This document shows positions 21,011 through 32,540 of a DNA stretch of 64,000 nucleotides, in pieces (positions within the stretch are counted from its first letter, which is position 1; each line of letters starts with the position of its first letter). The stretch spans positions 640,001 to 704,000 of the forward strand of contig CAWFSF010000006.1 in assembly GCA_963818475.1 (NCBI GenBank). The letters are read 5' to 3'. Position numbers and translations under genes: made by a program. The notes below the pieces were generated by a model. That model was not told the DNA's origin and ran no database searches. It saw nothing but the letters and a program-made list of their open reading frames with translations. The stretch comes from Nitrospirota bacterium (GTDB lineage Bacteria > Nitrospirota > UBA9217).

Positions 21011-22822
21011 ATGATAAGCACGAATATCCGCAATTTCTGCATCATAGCACATATCGACCACGGCAAATCGACCCTTGCCGACCGCATCCTTGAGTTTACC
21101 GGAGCACTTTCAGACAGGGAAATGTCAGCCGCCGGCAGCAACCAGGTGCTCGATGATATGGACCTGGAACGCGAACGGGGCATCACCATCAAGGCCCATG
21201 CGGTGCGCCTTCAATACAAGGCGTCTGACGGGAAGGACTATATCCTGAACCTGATCGACACGCCCGGCCACGTGGATTTTACCTACGAGGTGTCGCGGAG
21301 CATGGCCGCCTGTGAGGGTGCTCTGCTTGTGGTTGACGCTTCGCAGGGTGTGGAGGCCCAGACGCTGGCCAACGCCTATCTTGCCATCGACCATAATCTC
21401 GAGATGATCCCGGTGATCAACAAGATCGATCTGCCGAGCGCGAATGTCGAAGAGGCGAAACACCAGATCGAGGACATCATCGGCCTCGATGCTTCCATGG
21501 CCATCCCGGCGAGCGCCAAGGCGGGGATCGGCATCCATGAGATCCTCGAATCGGTGGTGAAGCATGTTCCTGCGCCTGCAGGGAAGGCTGACGCTCCGCT
21601 CCGTGCGCTCCTGTTCGATTCCTGGTATGACACGTACCAGGGAGTGGTGATCCTCGTTCGGGTGATGGACGGGACCGTGCGGCCAAAACAGAAGATCAAA
21701 CTCTATTCGAACTCCGCCGTATATGAAGTGCAGTCCGTGGGAGTGTACACGCCCAAGATGCAGCCGATCGCTGAACTGTCGCAGGGCGAGGTGGGGTGCA
21801 TCATCGCCGGCATCAAGCGGGTCTCGGATGCCAAGATCGGCGATACGGTCATGGATGCTGACCGGCCGGCCGATGCACCGCTTCCGGGGTATAAAGATGT
21901 GAAGCCCATGGTCTTCTCAGGCATTTATCCGGTGGACAGCGACAGCTACGCAGACCTGCGGGACGCTCTTGAAAAACTCCGGCTGAACGACTCTTCGTTC
22001 ACCTATGAACCGGAAACATCGCTTGCCCTCGGATTCGGTTTCCGGTGCGGTTTCCTGGGCCTGCTGCATATGGACATCATCAGGGAACGGCTTGAACGCG
22101 AGTTCAAGCTCGACCTTATTCCCACGGCGCCGACCGTGGTCTATCGGGTGACGAAGAACGACGGCCAGGTCGTGCTGGTGGATAACCCGGCAAAGTTCCC
22201 GCATGTTCAGGAGATCCAGAAGATCGAAGAGCCGATGATCATAGCCTCGCTGATCACGCCGGAGCAGTATGTGGGGGCGCTCATTGCGCTCTGCCAGGAG
22301 CGGCGGGGTGTCCAGCGGGATATCACCTATATTACCAAGGACCGCGTGCGCATCAGCTACGATCTTCCGCTGAACGAGATCGTGATGGACTTCTATGACC
22401 GGCTCAAATCCCTGACCAAGGGATACGCATCGCTGGATTACGAGCTGTCAGGCTATGTCGAATCCGATCTCGTCAAACTTGATATGCTGATGAACGGCGA
22501 ACCGGTCGATGCCCTGTCGCTCATTACGCACCGCGATAAGGCCGCGGTCCGCGGCAGGCAGCTGGCGGAGAAGCTCAAGGAAGTGATCCCGCGCCAGCTC
22601 TACGAGGTGATCATCCAGGCCACGATCGGGGCGAAGATCATCGCGCGCGAAACGGTCAGAGCGCTCCGCAAGGACGTGACCGCCAAATGCTATGGCGGAG
22701 ACATCACGCGGAAACGCAAGCTGCTCGAGAAACAGAAAGAAGGCAAGAAGCGCATGAAGCAGGTCGGCAGTGTGGAACTTCCTCAGGAAGCGTTCCTTGC
22801 CGTTTTGAAAGTGGGAGAATAA
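21011..22822 (+). CDS. lepA: Elongation factor 4 (LepA)
   Basis: [53 protein letters not shown]. Confidence 0.98.
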   Translation: MISTNIRNFCIIAHIDHGKSTLADRILEFTGALSDREMSAAGSNQVLDDMDLERERGITIKAHAVRLQYKASDGKDYILNLIDTPGHVDFTYEVSRSMAACEGALLVVDASQGVEAQTLANAYLAIDHNLEMIPVINKIDLPSANVEEAKHQIEDIIGLDASMAIPASAKAGIGIHEILESVVKHVPAPAGKADAPLRALLFDSWYDTYQGVVILVRVMDGTVRPKQKIKLYSNSAVYEVQSVGVYTPKMQPIAELSQGEVGCIIAGIKRVSDAKIGDTVMDADRPADAPLPGYKDVKPMVFSGIYPVDSDSYADLRDALEKLRLNDSSFTYEPETSLALGFGFRCGFLGLLHMDIIRERLEREFKLDLIPTAPTVVYRVTKNDGQVVLVDNPAKFPHVQEIQKIEEPMIIASLITPEQYVGALIALCQERRGVQRDITYITKDRVRISYDLPLNEIVMDFYDRLKSLTKGYASLDYELSGYVESDLVKLDMLMNGEPVDALSLITHRDKAAVRGRQLAEKLKEVIPRQLYEVIIQATIGAKIIARETVRALRKDVTAKCYGGDITRKRKLLEKQKEGKKRMKQVGSVELPQEAFLAVLKVGE

Positions 22823-22895
22823 CGCACCGATCGAGCCCGGCTTGGACGTGAATCCGGTATGGTGATATCACCTTACGCTACTTTTTGGAGGCTGC

Positions 22896-23606
22896 ATGGC
22901 AGAGGCACAGCAGGACAAGATCAAGAACAAGTCATTTTATAAAGAGTGGATCGAACCGTTCCTTATTGCTGCAATCGTTGCCCTGTTCATCAGGCAGTTT
23001 GCAGTCGAAGCCTTTAAGATACCGTCGGGGTCCATGATCCCGACGCTTACGATCGGCGACCACCTGCTGGTGAACAAGTTCGTGTACGGCCCCCGTATCC
23101 CGTTCACGGACATCAGGATCTTTACCGGGAAAGAGCCGAAACGAGGAGAGATCATTGTTTTTAAATTCCCGAAAGACGAAGGCAAAAACTTCATCAAACG
23201 GGTCGTTGGCCTGCCGGGCGACAAGATCGAGATCAGGAAGGGAAAACTGTTCATCAATGATGAACCGGTAGCGGTTGCGGCGAATGGTGCCTACGATGGA
23301 GATGATCAGCGATCGGGGCCTCCCTATTACGACAAACCCATGCTGTTCGATGAGCAACTGGGTTCCGTCAACCACGCTATCCTGTATCTGCATGACCAGA
23401 CAGAGACAAATTACGGGCCAGCCCTGGTGCCGAAAGATTCGGTGTTCGTCATGGGTGACAACCGCGATAACAGTCAGGACAGCCGGGTATGGGGCTTTGT
23501 AAAACAGAACAAGATCCTCGGCAGGGCGCTCATCATCTACTGGTCATGGGATGGAGAAAATGGCCGCTGGGTGCGCTGGGAGCGGCTCGGGAATCTGATC
23601 CGATAA
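22896..23606 (+). CDS. lepB: Signal peptidase I
   Basis: IPSGSMIPTL, FIKRVVGLPGD, GDNRDNSQDSR. Confidence 0.96.
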   Translation: MAEAQQDKIKNKSFYKEWIEPFLIAAIVALFIRQFAVEAFKIPSGSMIPTLTIGDHLLVNKFVYGPRIPFTDIRIFTGKEPKRGEIIVFKFPKDEGKNFIKRVVGLPGDKIEIRKGKLFINDEPVAVAANGAYDGDDQRSGPPYYDKPMLFDEQLGSVNHAILYLHDQTETNYGPALVPKDSVFVMGDNRDNSQDSRVWGFVKQNKILGRALIIYWSWDGENGRWVRWERLGNLIR

Positions 23607-23618
23607 AGAAAGAGGGGA

Positions 23619-23999
23619 GTGCATATGTCTATGCTTGCTAAGGAAGATGGCATGATCAGTTTTAAGGCGATGTTCTGGCTGACGCTCTTGTTCGTTGTTG
23701 TTCACGTTCTTATCAAGGTCGTGCCTATGTGGATGGATTATACCCAGATGAAAGACGCCATGCAGGGCAAGGCGAATTTTGCACAGATAGTGGGCAGTGA
23801 CCGGGAAATAAAAACGTCGCTCGAAAAAACGGCAAAAGAACTGGCTCTTCCGCTGACGCAGGATAGCTTTATCCTCGAACGGGATCCGAACTCGAACAAA
23901 ATAACAGGGATCAGTACCAATGACGGCTGGGATGTCGAGGTGCACTTCTTATGGGGCGCCTATGTCAGGACGTTCCATTTTGAACCGGTAACGGAATAA
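23619..23999 (+). CDS. DUF4845-like membrane-anchored protein
   Basis: N-terminal TM after a G-M pilin-like start; typical position downstream of lepB. Confidence 0.6.
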   Translation: MHMSMLAKEDGMISFKAMFWLTLLFVVVHVLIKVVPMWMDYTQMKDAMQGKANFAQIVGSDREIKTSLEKTAKELALPLTQDSFILERDPNSNKITGISTNDGWDVEVHFLWGAYVRTFHFEPVTE

Positions 24000-24021
24000 G
24001 AGCGGCCACCCGCCCGGTTGT

Positions 24022-24050
24022 TTGACAACGGGAGCGCTCTCGCGTACTAT
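24022..24050 (+). promoter_or_regulatory. Putative sigma70 promoter for yicC-remA-gmk-rpoZ-coaBC
   Basis: TTGACA-17 bp-TACTAT. Confidence 0.6.
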
Positions 24051-24075
24051 AACGAACTGAACGGGGTGAACTGCA

Positions 24076-24957
24076 GTGATTCGCAGCATGACAGGATATG
24101 GGCGGAAGGAAGCAAGTGGAGAAGCCGGCCATTTCTCCGTAGAAATCCGCTCGGTAAATAACCGCTATATCGACGTGCAGGTAAAAATGCCGCGCGGGCT
24201 TTCCCTGCTGGAGTTGCGCGTTAAAAAAACCGTTCAGGAACGGTGTTCTCGCGGCCGCTTCGATGTTCTGATAACCCGTAACGGCGACCGCGAAAAGGCC
24301 ACGCGACTGATTGTCGACGACGTCCTGGCCGACCAGTATGTGGGGCTCCTCAGGGACCTGAAAATGCGGTACGGACTGGCCGGAGAGGTTGATCTGTCGC
24401 TCGTGGCGGGCATGCAGAACATCATCACCATGACCGAGGTCAGTGAGGACATGGAGGCCATATGGGTTTTGCTGGCCACGGGGCTTGATGCAGCACTGGA
24501 TGAGCTTGACCGTATGCGGCTTGACGAAGGTGCGGCGCTGGTGCGCGATATCAGCGGACGGATCGACGCAATCGAAGGAATGGTACGTTCGATCGGTGCC
24601 CAGTCGCCGCTTACCGTGGAGAAAGCGCGGAAGCGGATGGCCGACACGCTGGCAAAGCTGCTGCAGGAGCAGCCTGATCCGGGCAGGCTGGCCCAGGAGA
24701 TAGCCATTCTTGCCGAGCGGACCGATGTCACCGAAGAGCTCACGCGTCTCGACAGCCATCTGGCCCAGTTCAGGGCAATGCTGACCGAAACGCCGGAAGA
24801 GGCGGTGGGGAGGAAACTCGATTTTCTGCTCCAGGAAATGGGCAGGGAAGTGAACACCATCGCCTCAAAATGCCAGGATGCCGCCATCTCGCTGGACGTG
24901 GTGCAGAGCAAGGCGGAACTGGAAAAGATACGGGAGCAGGTCCAAAATATCGAATAG
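24076..24957 (+). CDS. yicC: YicC/YloC family endoribonuclease
   Basis: MIRSMTGYG, SVNNRY, GRKLDFLLQEMGREVNT, REQVQNIE. Confidence 0.95.
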   Translation: MIRSMTGYGRKEASGEAGHFSVEIRSVNNRYIDVQVKMPRGLSLLELRVKKTVQERCSRGRFDVLITRNGDREKATRLIVDDVLADQYVGLLRDLKMRYGLAGEVDLSLVAGMQNIITMTEVSEDMEAIWVLLATGLDAALDELDRMRLDEGAALVRDISGRIDAIEGMVRSIGAQSPLTVEKARKRMADTLAKLLQEQPDPGRLAQEIAILAERTDVTEELTRLDSHLAQFRAMLTETPEEAVGRKLDFLLQEMGREVNTIASKCQDAAISLDVVQSKAELEKIREQVQNIE

Positions 24958-25011
24958 GACGTCTGCGGCCGGAGCGGGCAGTGTCGGGCAGGATAGGTTG
25001 GGAGCGCGGTC

Positions 25012-25263
25012 GTGCTGAACAATATCGTAAATATCGGCTACGGCAACATGGTAATGGCAGCGAAGGTCGTGGCCGTGCTGTCGCCGGACTCCGCTCCCAT
25101 GCGCAGGCTCAAGGACGAGGCCAAGGAGCGGAAGATGCTGATCGATGCCACCCAGGGAAGAAAAACACGGGCCATTATCATCACCGACAGCGATCATATC
25201 ATCCTGTCCGCGGTGCAGGTAGAGACGCTTATGCTGAGGTTTTCCAGCCGGGAGAACGAATGA
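25012..25263 (+). CDS. remA: DUF370 / RemA family protein
   Basis: [26 protein letters not shown]. Confidence 0.9.
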   Translation: MLNNIVNIGYGNMVMAAKVVAVLSPDSAPMRRLKDEAKERKMLIDATQGRKTRAIIITDSDHIILSAVQVETLMLRFSSRENE

Positions 25264-25901
25264 AGAGAACCGAGGGATTGGTCTTTGTGGTCTCCGCGCC
25301 GTCAGGGGCCGGAAAAACGACCCTGTGCCGCGCCATCACGGACTCTCTGGAGAACCTGACCCATTCGATCTCCTACACCACGAGGAAACCGCGGCCGGGA
25401 GAGATCGACGGGCGGGACTATTATTTCGTGACCGAAGAGCGGTTCCGCAGCATGATCGATGCCGGAGATTTTGCCGAATGGGCGCAGGTGCACGCAAACC
25501 TCTACGGCACGTCCCGGCGCGTGCTCGACGATATGGTGAACCGGGGGATCGATGTGATCCTCGACATCGACACCCAGGGGGCCAAACAGATAAAAACACG
25601 GGTCGAGAAAGCGGTGTTCCTCTTCATCATGCCGCCTTCCCTCGAGATCCTTGAAGAGCGTCTGCGGAACCGCAAGTCCGACGACGATGCGGAGATCAGG
25701 AAGCGGATGCAGCGGGCGCTCGATGAGATTCGCGACTATGCGATGTACGATTATATCATTGAGAACCGCGATTTCGACCGGGCGCTGTCCGAACTCCGAT
25801 CGGTCATAGTTGCCGAACGCTGCCGGACGCACCTGATCGATCAATCGTGGATAGAGGGAATGCTGAAAACGTCGATAGATAACACACCAGGAGGTGCAGA
25901 G
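25260..25901 (+). CDS. gmk: Guanylate kinase (reads in-frame into rpoZ in this assembly; end approximate)
   Basis: [36 protein letters not shown]. Confidence 0.93.
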
Positions 25902-26333
25902 ATGCAACAGATCGCACAAGATATTATTTCAATGCCGATAGAATTGACCGACAAGATTTCGGACACCAAGTTCCGCCTTGTCCATATCGCGGCGCAACGG
26001 GTTCGCCAGTTGTCTGCCGGGGCGCCGATGTATGTTTCAACCAGGTCCATCAAGGACACCACGGTCTCCCTGGAAGAGGCCCTGGCAGGAAAGTTCAAGG
26101 TGATCGTCGGCGAGGATGCCAAGAAGGCAAAGGAAGAATACCGGAAACGCGAAGAACGCGCGCGGATGGAAGAGCAGCTGTCTGCCAAGGAAGAAGAGAT
26201 CCGCAAGGAACTTTCCGCCTATCTGTCGGAAACCCAGAGCGAAGAGGTTGCCGAGGAAGATGCCGTGGTCGCCGATATGGGCGATGATGTGGCGGAAGAA
26301 GACGCCGGAGATGCTGAAGAATCTGAAGCGTAG
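25902..26333 (+). CDS. rpoZ: RNA polymerase omega subunit with coiled-coil and acidic C-terminal extension
   Basis: AGGAGGT RBS; KFRLVHIAAQRVRQL...K.TTVSLEE; located between gmk and coaBC. Confidence 0.85.
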   Translation: MQQIAQDIISMPIELTDKISDTKFRLVHIAAQRVRQLSAGAPMYVSTRSIKDTTVSLEEALAGKFKVIVGEDAKKAKEEYRKREERARMEEQLSAKEEEIRKELSAYLSETQSEEVAEEDAVVADMGDDVAEEDAGDAEESEA

Positions 26334-26355
26334 CGCCGCGGGGAGACAACGCGAG

Positions 26356-27564
26356 ATGATGTCCGGTAAGCGGATACTGCTCGGGGTGACCGGCAGTATC
26401 GCAGCCTATAAGGCCGTCGAGGTCCTGCGGAAGCTGCAAGAGCAGGGAGCAGAGGTGCGTGTCGTCATGACGCGCAATGCTTGCCGCTTTGTCTCAAAGC
26501 TGACCTTTGAGGCCCTCAGCGGATTCCCGGTGCTGACCGATGAATATGATCCTCATGAGCGCGGGCCCATCGGGCATATCGACGTGACCAGCGGCCTCGA
26601 CCTTGCGCTTATTGCTCCGGCGACAGCGAATATCATCGGCAAGATCGCCGCGGGAATAGCAGACGACGCCCTGACATCGGCTCTCATGGCAATAGACTGC
26701 CCGCTCATGATCGCACCGGCGATGAACGACCGCATGTATCAGAATCCCGTGCTCCGGAAGAACATGGCATCGCTTCGCGATCTTGGCGTACGGTTCATCG
26801 ATCCGGAGGTCGGCAAGCTTGCCTGCGGCACCACAGGACAGGGGCGTCTTGCAGAGACGGGCAGGATCGTCGATGCGGTCTCCGCTTCTTTCTTACCCCG
26901 TGATTTCGCAGGCGTGACCGTTCTCGTAACAGCAGGACCGACACGGGAACCGATCGATGCCGTGAGGTTCATCAGTAATCCGTCAACCGGGAAAATGGGA
27001 TATGCCCTGGCCCGCGTTGCCCGCGACCGGGGAGCGAAGGTGATCCTTATTTCCGGCCCGGTTGCGCTGACGCCGCCGGGAGGTATCACCTTTATTCCTG
27101 TCATCACTGCGGCTGACCTGCACCGGGCGGTCATGGAGCAGATTGGCGAGGCACAGGTTGTGGTCATGGCAGCTGCAGTCTCCGATTTCAGACCCGTTGC
27201 CGTTTCGGACCGCAAGATCAAAAAGGATACAGCACCTGACACGCTCGTGCTCGAGCGCACGGCGGACATCCTGCAGCAGCTGGGTGACATGCAGAGGAAA
27301 TGCCTGCTTGTCGGTTTTGCCGCGGAAACAGACAATGTTCTCGATAACGCATCGAGAAAGCTGCGTGCAAAGAATCTTGATATGGTCGTGGTCAATGACC
27401 TTTTGACCGCCGGCGCGGGATTCGGTTCAGATACGAATGTCGTGACGATCATTGATCGTACCGGCATGACAACGCACCTTCCCTTGATGGACAAAGCTGA
27501 GGTGGCAGACCGCGTGCTGGACAAAGTCTTGGAACTTAAAGTAAAATCAGGGAATTTGCCTTGA
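26356..27564 (+). CDS. coaBC: Phosphopantothenoylcysteine decarboxylase/ligase
   Basis: GVTGSIAAYK, PAMN, LACG, TAGPTREPIDAVRFISNPSTGKMG, GFAAET. Confidence 0.96.
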   Translation: MMSGKRILLGVTGSIAAYKAVEVLRKLQEQGAEVRVVMTRNACRFVSKLTFEALSGFPVLTDEYDPHERGPIGHIDVTSGLDLALIAPATANIIGKIAAGIADDALTSALMAIDCPLMIAPAMNDRMYQNPVLRKNMASLRDLGVRFIDPEVGKLACGTTGQGRLAETGRIVDAVSASFLPRDFAGVTVLVTAGPTREPIDAVRFISNPSTGKMGYALARVARDRGAKVILISGPVALTPPGGITFIPVITAADLHRAVMEQIGEAQVVVMAAAVSDFRPVAVSDRKIKKDTAPDTLVLERTADILQQLGDMQRKCLLVGFAAETDNVLDNASRKLRAKNLDMVVVNDLLTAGAGFGSDTNVVTIIDRTGMTTHLPLMDKAEVADRVLDKVLELKVKSGNLP

Positions 27565-27625
27565 CTTATAACCCTCGTATTTGGTACACTTTCGTCTATC
27601 AGTTTGATATGAAAAGATAATTCCT

Positions 27626-29369
27626 ATGGAAAAGGGATCCTCTGAAATAGCGAAGTTGACGGAGCGAATCTCGAAAGACCCCAAATCAAAGCTCTTCGTG
27701 CCGCTTGCCGAAGAGTATAAGAAGGCCGGGGATATCGAGATGGCAATAGCTGTGCTTACGGAGGGGCTCAAGAACAATCCCGGTTATGTGACTGCGAAGT
27801 CCTTTCTCGGAAGGCTTTTGCTGGAACAAGGGCAATCTGTCAGAGGCGCAGAAGGAGTTCGAGGAAGTAATAAAGGCGATCCCGGACAACGTGCTGGCCC
27901 AGCGTAAATTGGGCAATATTCACGTATTGCAGGGCAGGGCACAGGAGGCGCTGCTTTTCTTCAAGGCAGTGCTCGCGGTAAATCCCAAGGACCCCGAGCT
28001 CACGGCGCTGGTCGCAGATATTGAGGCCGGCCGTGATGTCCGGGAAAAGATCGCCGGTCAGAAACATCAGCCCGCAGCCGGTCGCGTGGCGCCGGTAGTA
28101 CCGACGCCGGCACAACCGCTTCGAGCCGCACCGCGCCCGCCGGTCAAGCTGTCAGCAGCTCCTGTTGTCCCACCACGGCCGCATACGGCCCCTGTCAGCA
28201 TTCCGCCATCTGTTGATTCCGAAGAGCCGGAAGAAGTGCTTGTTTTTGAATCGCTGGATGAAGCTGCTCCTGCCGGGGCGTTGCGGCCGCCGCAAGCAAC
28301 GCAGGATATGTTTGCTGACCTTGCCTCTGAAACGGATAGTGAAGAAGCGGCGCGAATGGATGACGGCTTAGGCTTAGCGGACGGCGAAGGCAGCCGCCCG
28401 GTTGATGCCGGGCTTACGGCAAAGCCGCAGCCGGTTTCCAGCAGTGACGCGGGCACGATGTCCGCGTTTGATCATCCCACAGCGGTCACGGAGCATGAAT
28501 TTGGTTCCATGGATGCAGGCCTGTCTGACACTAGTTTCTTTGACAGTGTGCCAGTGCAGACCGAGCCTCAAAAAACGGCTGATGCATTGGGTTTCGACCA
28601 TGAGCCTGCGCGCGAGGTCCCCGTTGGAGAGCTGAAGGAAACCGTATCTGCCGATGACATGTTATCGGAGGCGCTGTTCTTTGATGTGGAGCCGGTTGAA
28701 ACCGAAGCAGAACCAGAAGTCTCGAAAGACCTGGAAGCCGGCCAGGAACCGACGTCGGCCATGCTGGATGTCAGCACTCCCGGTCCCGTCGTTGGAGCTG
28801 ATGTCGAGGCAGCTCCTTTTGGTGGGATGCTTCCTGAGGCGGACGATTTCACAACGGATACACTGGCAGAACTCTACATCGCGCAAGGTTTTTACGAAAA
28901 GGCTGTTGAGATCTACGAGCGGATGCTTGCGGACAGGCCGAACAGCAGACTGCTGAAGGACAAACTGGCCAATGTGCGTGCCATGGGCAGCGCTTCCTTC
29001 GCTGACGAGGAGCAGGGAACGCCGGTATTGTTTGAAGAGCCGGAGGCTCCGCCCGCACCGTCGCCGCAACCAGAGTTCGCCGATGGGCCAGGGCAATGGA
29101 AAGCTCCCGGTGTGGAGGTGGAGGCGAAGGAATATATTCCACCGACATCGGATGATTTCGAGTCTACGGCATTTGATTCCGGTTTTGCGCCGGTAGAATA
29201 TGTGCTGCCCGAGGCGCCGGGGACCGAGCCGCCGCCCTCTGTCGGGCAGGAGTTGCCGGTCCAGGATGAAAAACCACTGTCAGCTTCTCCGAAAACAGCC
29301 CCTTCGGGAAAAGAGCGGGCGATCGTTAAGCTCGATGACTGGCTAAAGAACATCATGAAGGAGAAATAA
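27626..29369 (+). CDS. TPR protein with long acidic/Pro-rich linker (frameshift near 27835)
   Basis: N-terminal TPRs (FVPLAEEYKKAG), C-terminal TDTLAELYIAQGFYEKAVEIYERML repeat. Confidence 0.75.
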
Positions 29370-29726
29370 ATGTCCTTTGGCGAGATCTTAAAGAACGTGG
29401 TGGACGGCACCGAGGGGGCACTGGGCGCACTGGTCGTCGGGCTTGACGGCATCCCGGTGGACGAGTATTCCGTAGGCAGCGAACTGGATATCCAGTCCAT
29501 GACCGTGGAATATTCCTCGCTCATCAAGGAGATCGAAAAAGGTTCGCAGACCGTACAGCTGGGATCGACGAAAGAAGTCACGGTCATGGCGGAAAAGGCG
29601 ATGGTCATGCTGCGGCGGCTCAACGAAGAGTATTTTATCGTGCTGATCATCAAGCCCGAAGGCAACTTCGGCAAGGGACGGTTCCTGCTGCGGATGTCCG
29701 TGCCGAAGCTGCTGAAAGAATTCTGA
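29370..29726 (+). CDS. Roadblock/LC7 domain protein (MglC-like)
   Basis: GALGALVVGLDGIPV...GKGRFLLR; context upstream of aroQ-efp-accBC. Confidence 0.8.
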   Translation: MSFGEILKNVVDGTEGALGALVVGLDGIPVDEYSVGSELDIQSMTVEYSSLIKEIEKGSQTVQLGSTKEVTVMAEKAMVMLRRLNEEYFIVLIIKPEGNFGKGRFLLRMSVPKLLKEF

Positions 29727-29770
29727 CAAACCGTAAGGGAACACCGCAGCCGTCTCTTCCGGTGATGCTC

Positions 29771-29798
29771 AAACTGCCTCAGGCAGTTTTATTTTTTT
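29771..29798 (+). terminator. Putative intrinsic terminator
   Basis: AAACTGCC-TCA-GGCAGTTT followed by a T-rich tail. Confidence 0.5.
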
Positions 29799-29811
29799 AT
29801 ATGGGGGAAAC

Positions 29812-30246
29812 ATGAAGATTCTGGTGATCCATGGACCGAACCTGAACCTTCTGGGAAAACGCGAGCCGCAGATCTACGGCGCTGAAACGCTCGACGACAT
29901 CAACCGCCGCCTAACAGCGCTTGCTCTCGAACTCGGCGTGGAGGTTTCGTTTTTCCAATCGAACCACGAAGGTGAACTGGTGCAAAAGATCCAGGATGCC
30001 ATGGGAGCATATCAGGCGATTGTGATCAATCCCGGCGCTTATACGCACACGAGCGTCGCGCTGCGTGACGCCATTTCGTCGACCGGCATCCCAACGATCG
30101 AGACCCATATCTCAAACATCTATAAGCGCGAAGAATTCAGGCACCATTCATACATCTCGGGCGTGGCAGTCGGACAGATCGCCGGTTTCGGACCGGACAG
30201 CTACCTTCTTGCGCTCAGGGCAGCCGCGGGCCTCGTCAAAAAATGA
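29812..30246 (+). CDS. aroQ: Type II 3-dehydroquinate dehydratase
   Basis: [39 protein letters not shown]. Confidence 0.96.
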   Translation: MKILVIHGPNLNLLGKREPQIYGAETLDDINRRLTALALELGVEVSFFQSNHEGELVQKIQDAMGAYQAIVINPGAYTHTSVALRDAISSTGIPTIETHISNIYKREEFRHHSYISGVAVGQIAGFGPDSYLLALRAAAGLVKK

Positions 30247-31342
30247 CCACGAAACGCCCCGAACTGAAACGGATCGCCGGGTTGAAGCGGCTCATGGCGG
30301 GAGCAGGCATTGATGCGCTGCTGATCACGAAACGAGAGAACGTCCGCTATCTCACGGGCTTCACGGGTTCGGCGGGATCGGTGCTGGTCGCATCGGGCAA
30401 ACCTTGCCTCATTACGGATTTCAGGTATGCGATCCAGGCGCGCAAGAGAGGCCGCAGGGGTCTCCGTCCTGATCCAGAAGAAGGACCATCTCTGCCGCAT
30501 TGCGTGAGGCAGCCGAACACGCGAAAGTGGACACCCTCTGGTTCGATGAGACGTCATTCACGATCGAGAGCCTGAGTAAACTGCGGAAACAGGGGTTGAC
30601 AGCTCAAAGGGCACCGGGACCTTGTCGGAGAACTTCGGCAGCAGAAAGACGCCCGTCGAACTTGCCTCCATCCGGAAGGCTATCCGCCGGGCGGAAGAAT
30701 CGTTCCGGGAATTGAAGAAGTTATATTCGGCCGGGGGTCCGCGAAAGCGCACTGGCGCTCATGCTTGAATTTCTGATGCGGGAAAAAGGTGCGCGCAAGG
30801 CCGCCTTTGACACGCATCGTGGCATCGGGCAGGAACGGGGCCATGCCGCATGCTTCGGCGTCACGACCGGCGGATCAAACAGGGTGATCTCGTGACGTTC
30901 GATTTCGGCGCCGAAGCGGACGGATATTTTTCCGATATCACCCGGACAGTTTGCGTCGGCCGGCCTTCCGCCCGTCAGCGCGAGATCCATGGCGCTGGTC
31001 CTGCAGGCGCAGGCAGGCGGCCATCGCAGCCGTCCGCCCCGGGGTCGCGTGCACGATCGTGGATGGGGCGGCGCGAGACCTGATCGGGGAGGCCGGTCAT
31101 GCAAAGCAGTTCGGCCATGGTACCGGCCATGGCATCGGCCTCATGGTGCATGAAGGGCCGTCGATCTCGCCGCTGTCCCGAGGACCGGGTGCAGCCCCGG
31201 ATGGTGTTCACGGTCGAACCGGGCATCTATATCCCGGGATGGGGCGGTGTCAGGATCGAGGACATGGTGCTGCGTGACCGAGACCGGCGCAAAAGTGCTG
31301 ACCACGCTGCCGCGAGGGCTGGAAGGCCCCGGAAAGCTGTAG
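30243..31342 (+). CDS. Xaa-Pro aminopeptidase, M24 family (multiple frameshifts)
   Basis: [47 protein letters not shown]. Confidence 0.85.
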
Positions 31343-31403
31343 CATTCGTACATAAATCAAAAAAATAATACGGCAGTCAATGACGAAAGGGAGGGTGTAA
31401 GAA

Positions 31404-31970
31404 GTGCCGGTATCTACAACAGAGTTCAGGAACGGATTGAAAATAGAGATCGATGGCGAGCCCTATGTGATCGTGGAGTTTCAGCATGTGAAGCCCGGCA
31501 AGGGCGGGGCATTCGTAAGGACCAAGTTCAAGAGCCTCAAATCGGGGAACGTGACCGATAAAACATTCAGGGCGGGCGAAAAAGTCGATGTTCCCAACCT
31601 TGAGGAAAAGACCATGCAGTATCTGTATGCCGCAGACAAGGACCGCGTCTTCATGGACACCAGCACCTATGAGCAGGTATCCATGAACGAGAAGCAGCTC
31701 GGCGACAGCATCAATTATCTCAAGGAAAATATGGAGATCAAGGTCCTCTATCACAAGGGACAGCCCATCAACATCGATGTGCCCATGTTCGTGGAGCTCG
31801 CGATCGCCAAGACCGATCCGGGCGTGCGCGGTGACACCGCATCAGGCGGTTCCAAGCCGGCGACCCTGGAGAGCGGTGCCGTGATCAAGGTGCCGTTCTA
31901 CCTGAACGAAGGCGATGTGGTCAAGGTCGACACGCGAACGGGCACCTTCATCGAGCGCGTCAAGAAGTGA
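31404..31970 (+). CDS. efp: Elongation factor P
   Basis: HVKPGKGGAFVR, PGVRGDTA, KPATLESG. Confidence 0.97.
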   Translation: MPVSTTEFRNGLKIEIDGEPYVIVEFQHVKPGKGGAFVRTKFKSLKSGNVTDKTFRAGEKVDVPNLEEKTMQYLYAADKDRVFMDTSTYEQVSMNEKQLGDSINYLKENMEIKVLYHKGQPINIDVPMFVELAIAKTDPGVRGDTASGGSKPATLESGAVIKVPFYLNEGDVVKVDTRTGTFIERVKK

Positions 31971-32011
31971 TCTCCGCCGCCAATCATTCGCAACCAGGAA
32001 AAGGAGCAGTC

Positions 32012-32482
32012 ATGAACCTTAAAGAATTGAAAGAACTGATAGAGATGCTGAAGGACACCGATATCTCGGAGGTGGAGATCGAGCGTTCCGGCGTGAAGGT
32101 GAGGCTCAGAAAGGGCGGCGACGTGACCTACCATCCCGCCATGCCGCGCATGGAGTATCCGCCCGCTGCTATCATCGCGCCCGCAATGCCAGGCAGCTCC
32201 GGCTCCGGCCGCGGAAAAGCCCGCTGAGCCGGTCAAGACGAGCCAGATCAAAGTGACCTCTCCCATCGTCGGCACGTTCTACCGGTCGAGTTCTCCGGAT
32301 AAACCATCCTATGTGGAGGTCGGCGATACCGTAAAGAACGGCCAGGTGCTCTGCATCATCGAGGCGATGAAGCTCATGAACGAGATCGAATCCGAGACCG
32401 CCGGAAAGATCGTCCAGATCCTTGTCGAGAACGGTCAGCCGGTGGAGTACGGCCAGCCGCTGTTCGTGATCGAACCGCCTGA
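32012..32482 (+). CDS. accB: Biotin carboxyl carrier protein (frameshifted)
   Basis: [28 protein letters not shown]. Confidence 0.92.
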
Positions 32483-32540
32483 TCGATTGCATTCGAATGA
32501 GAACGATTCCATGAAAAATCACGGTGTTGAGGTGAGCTGC

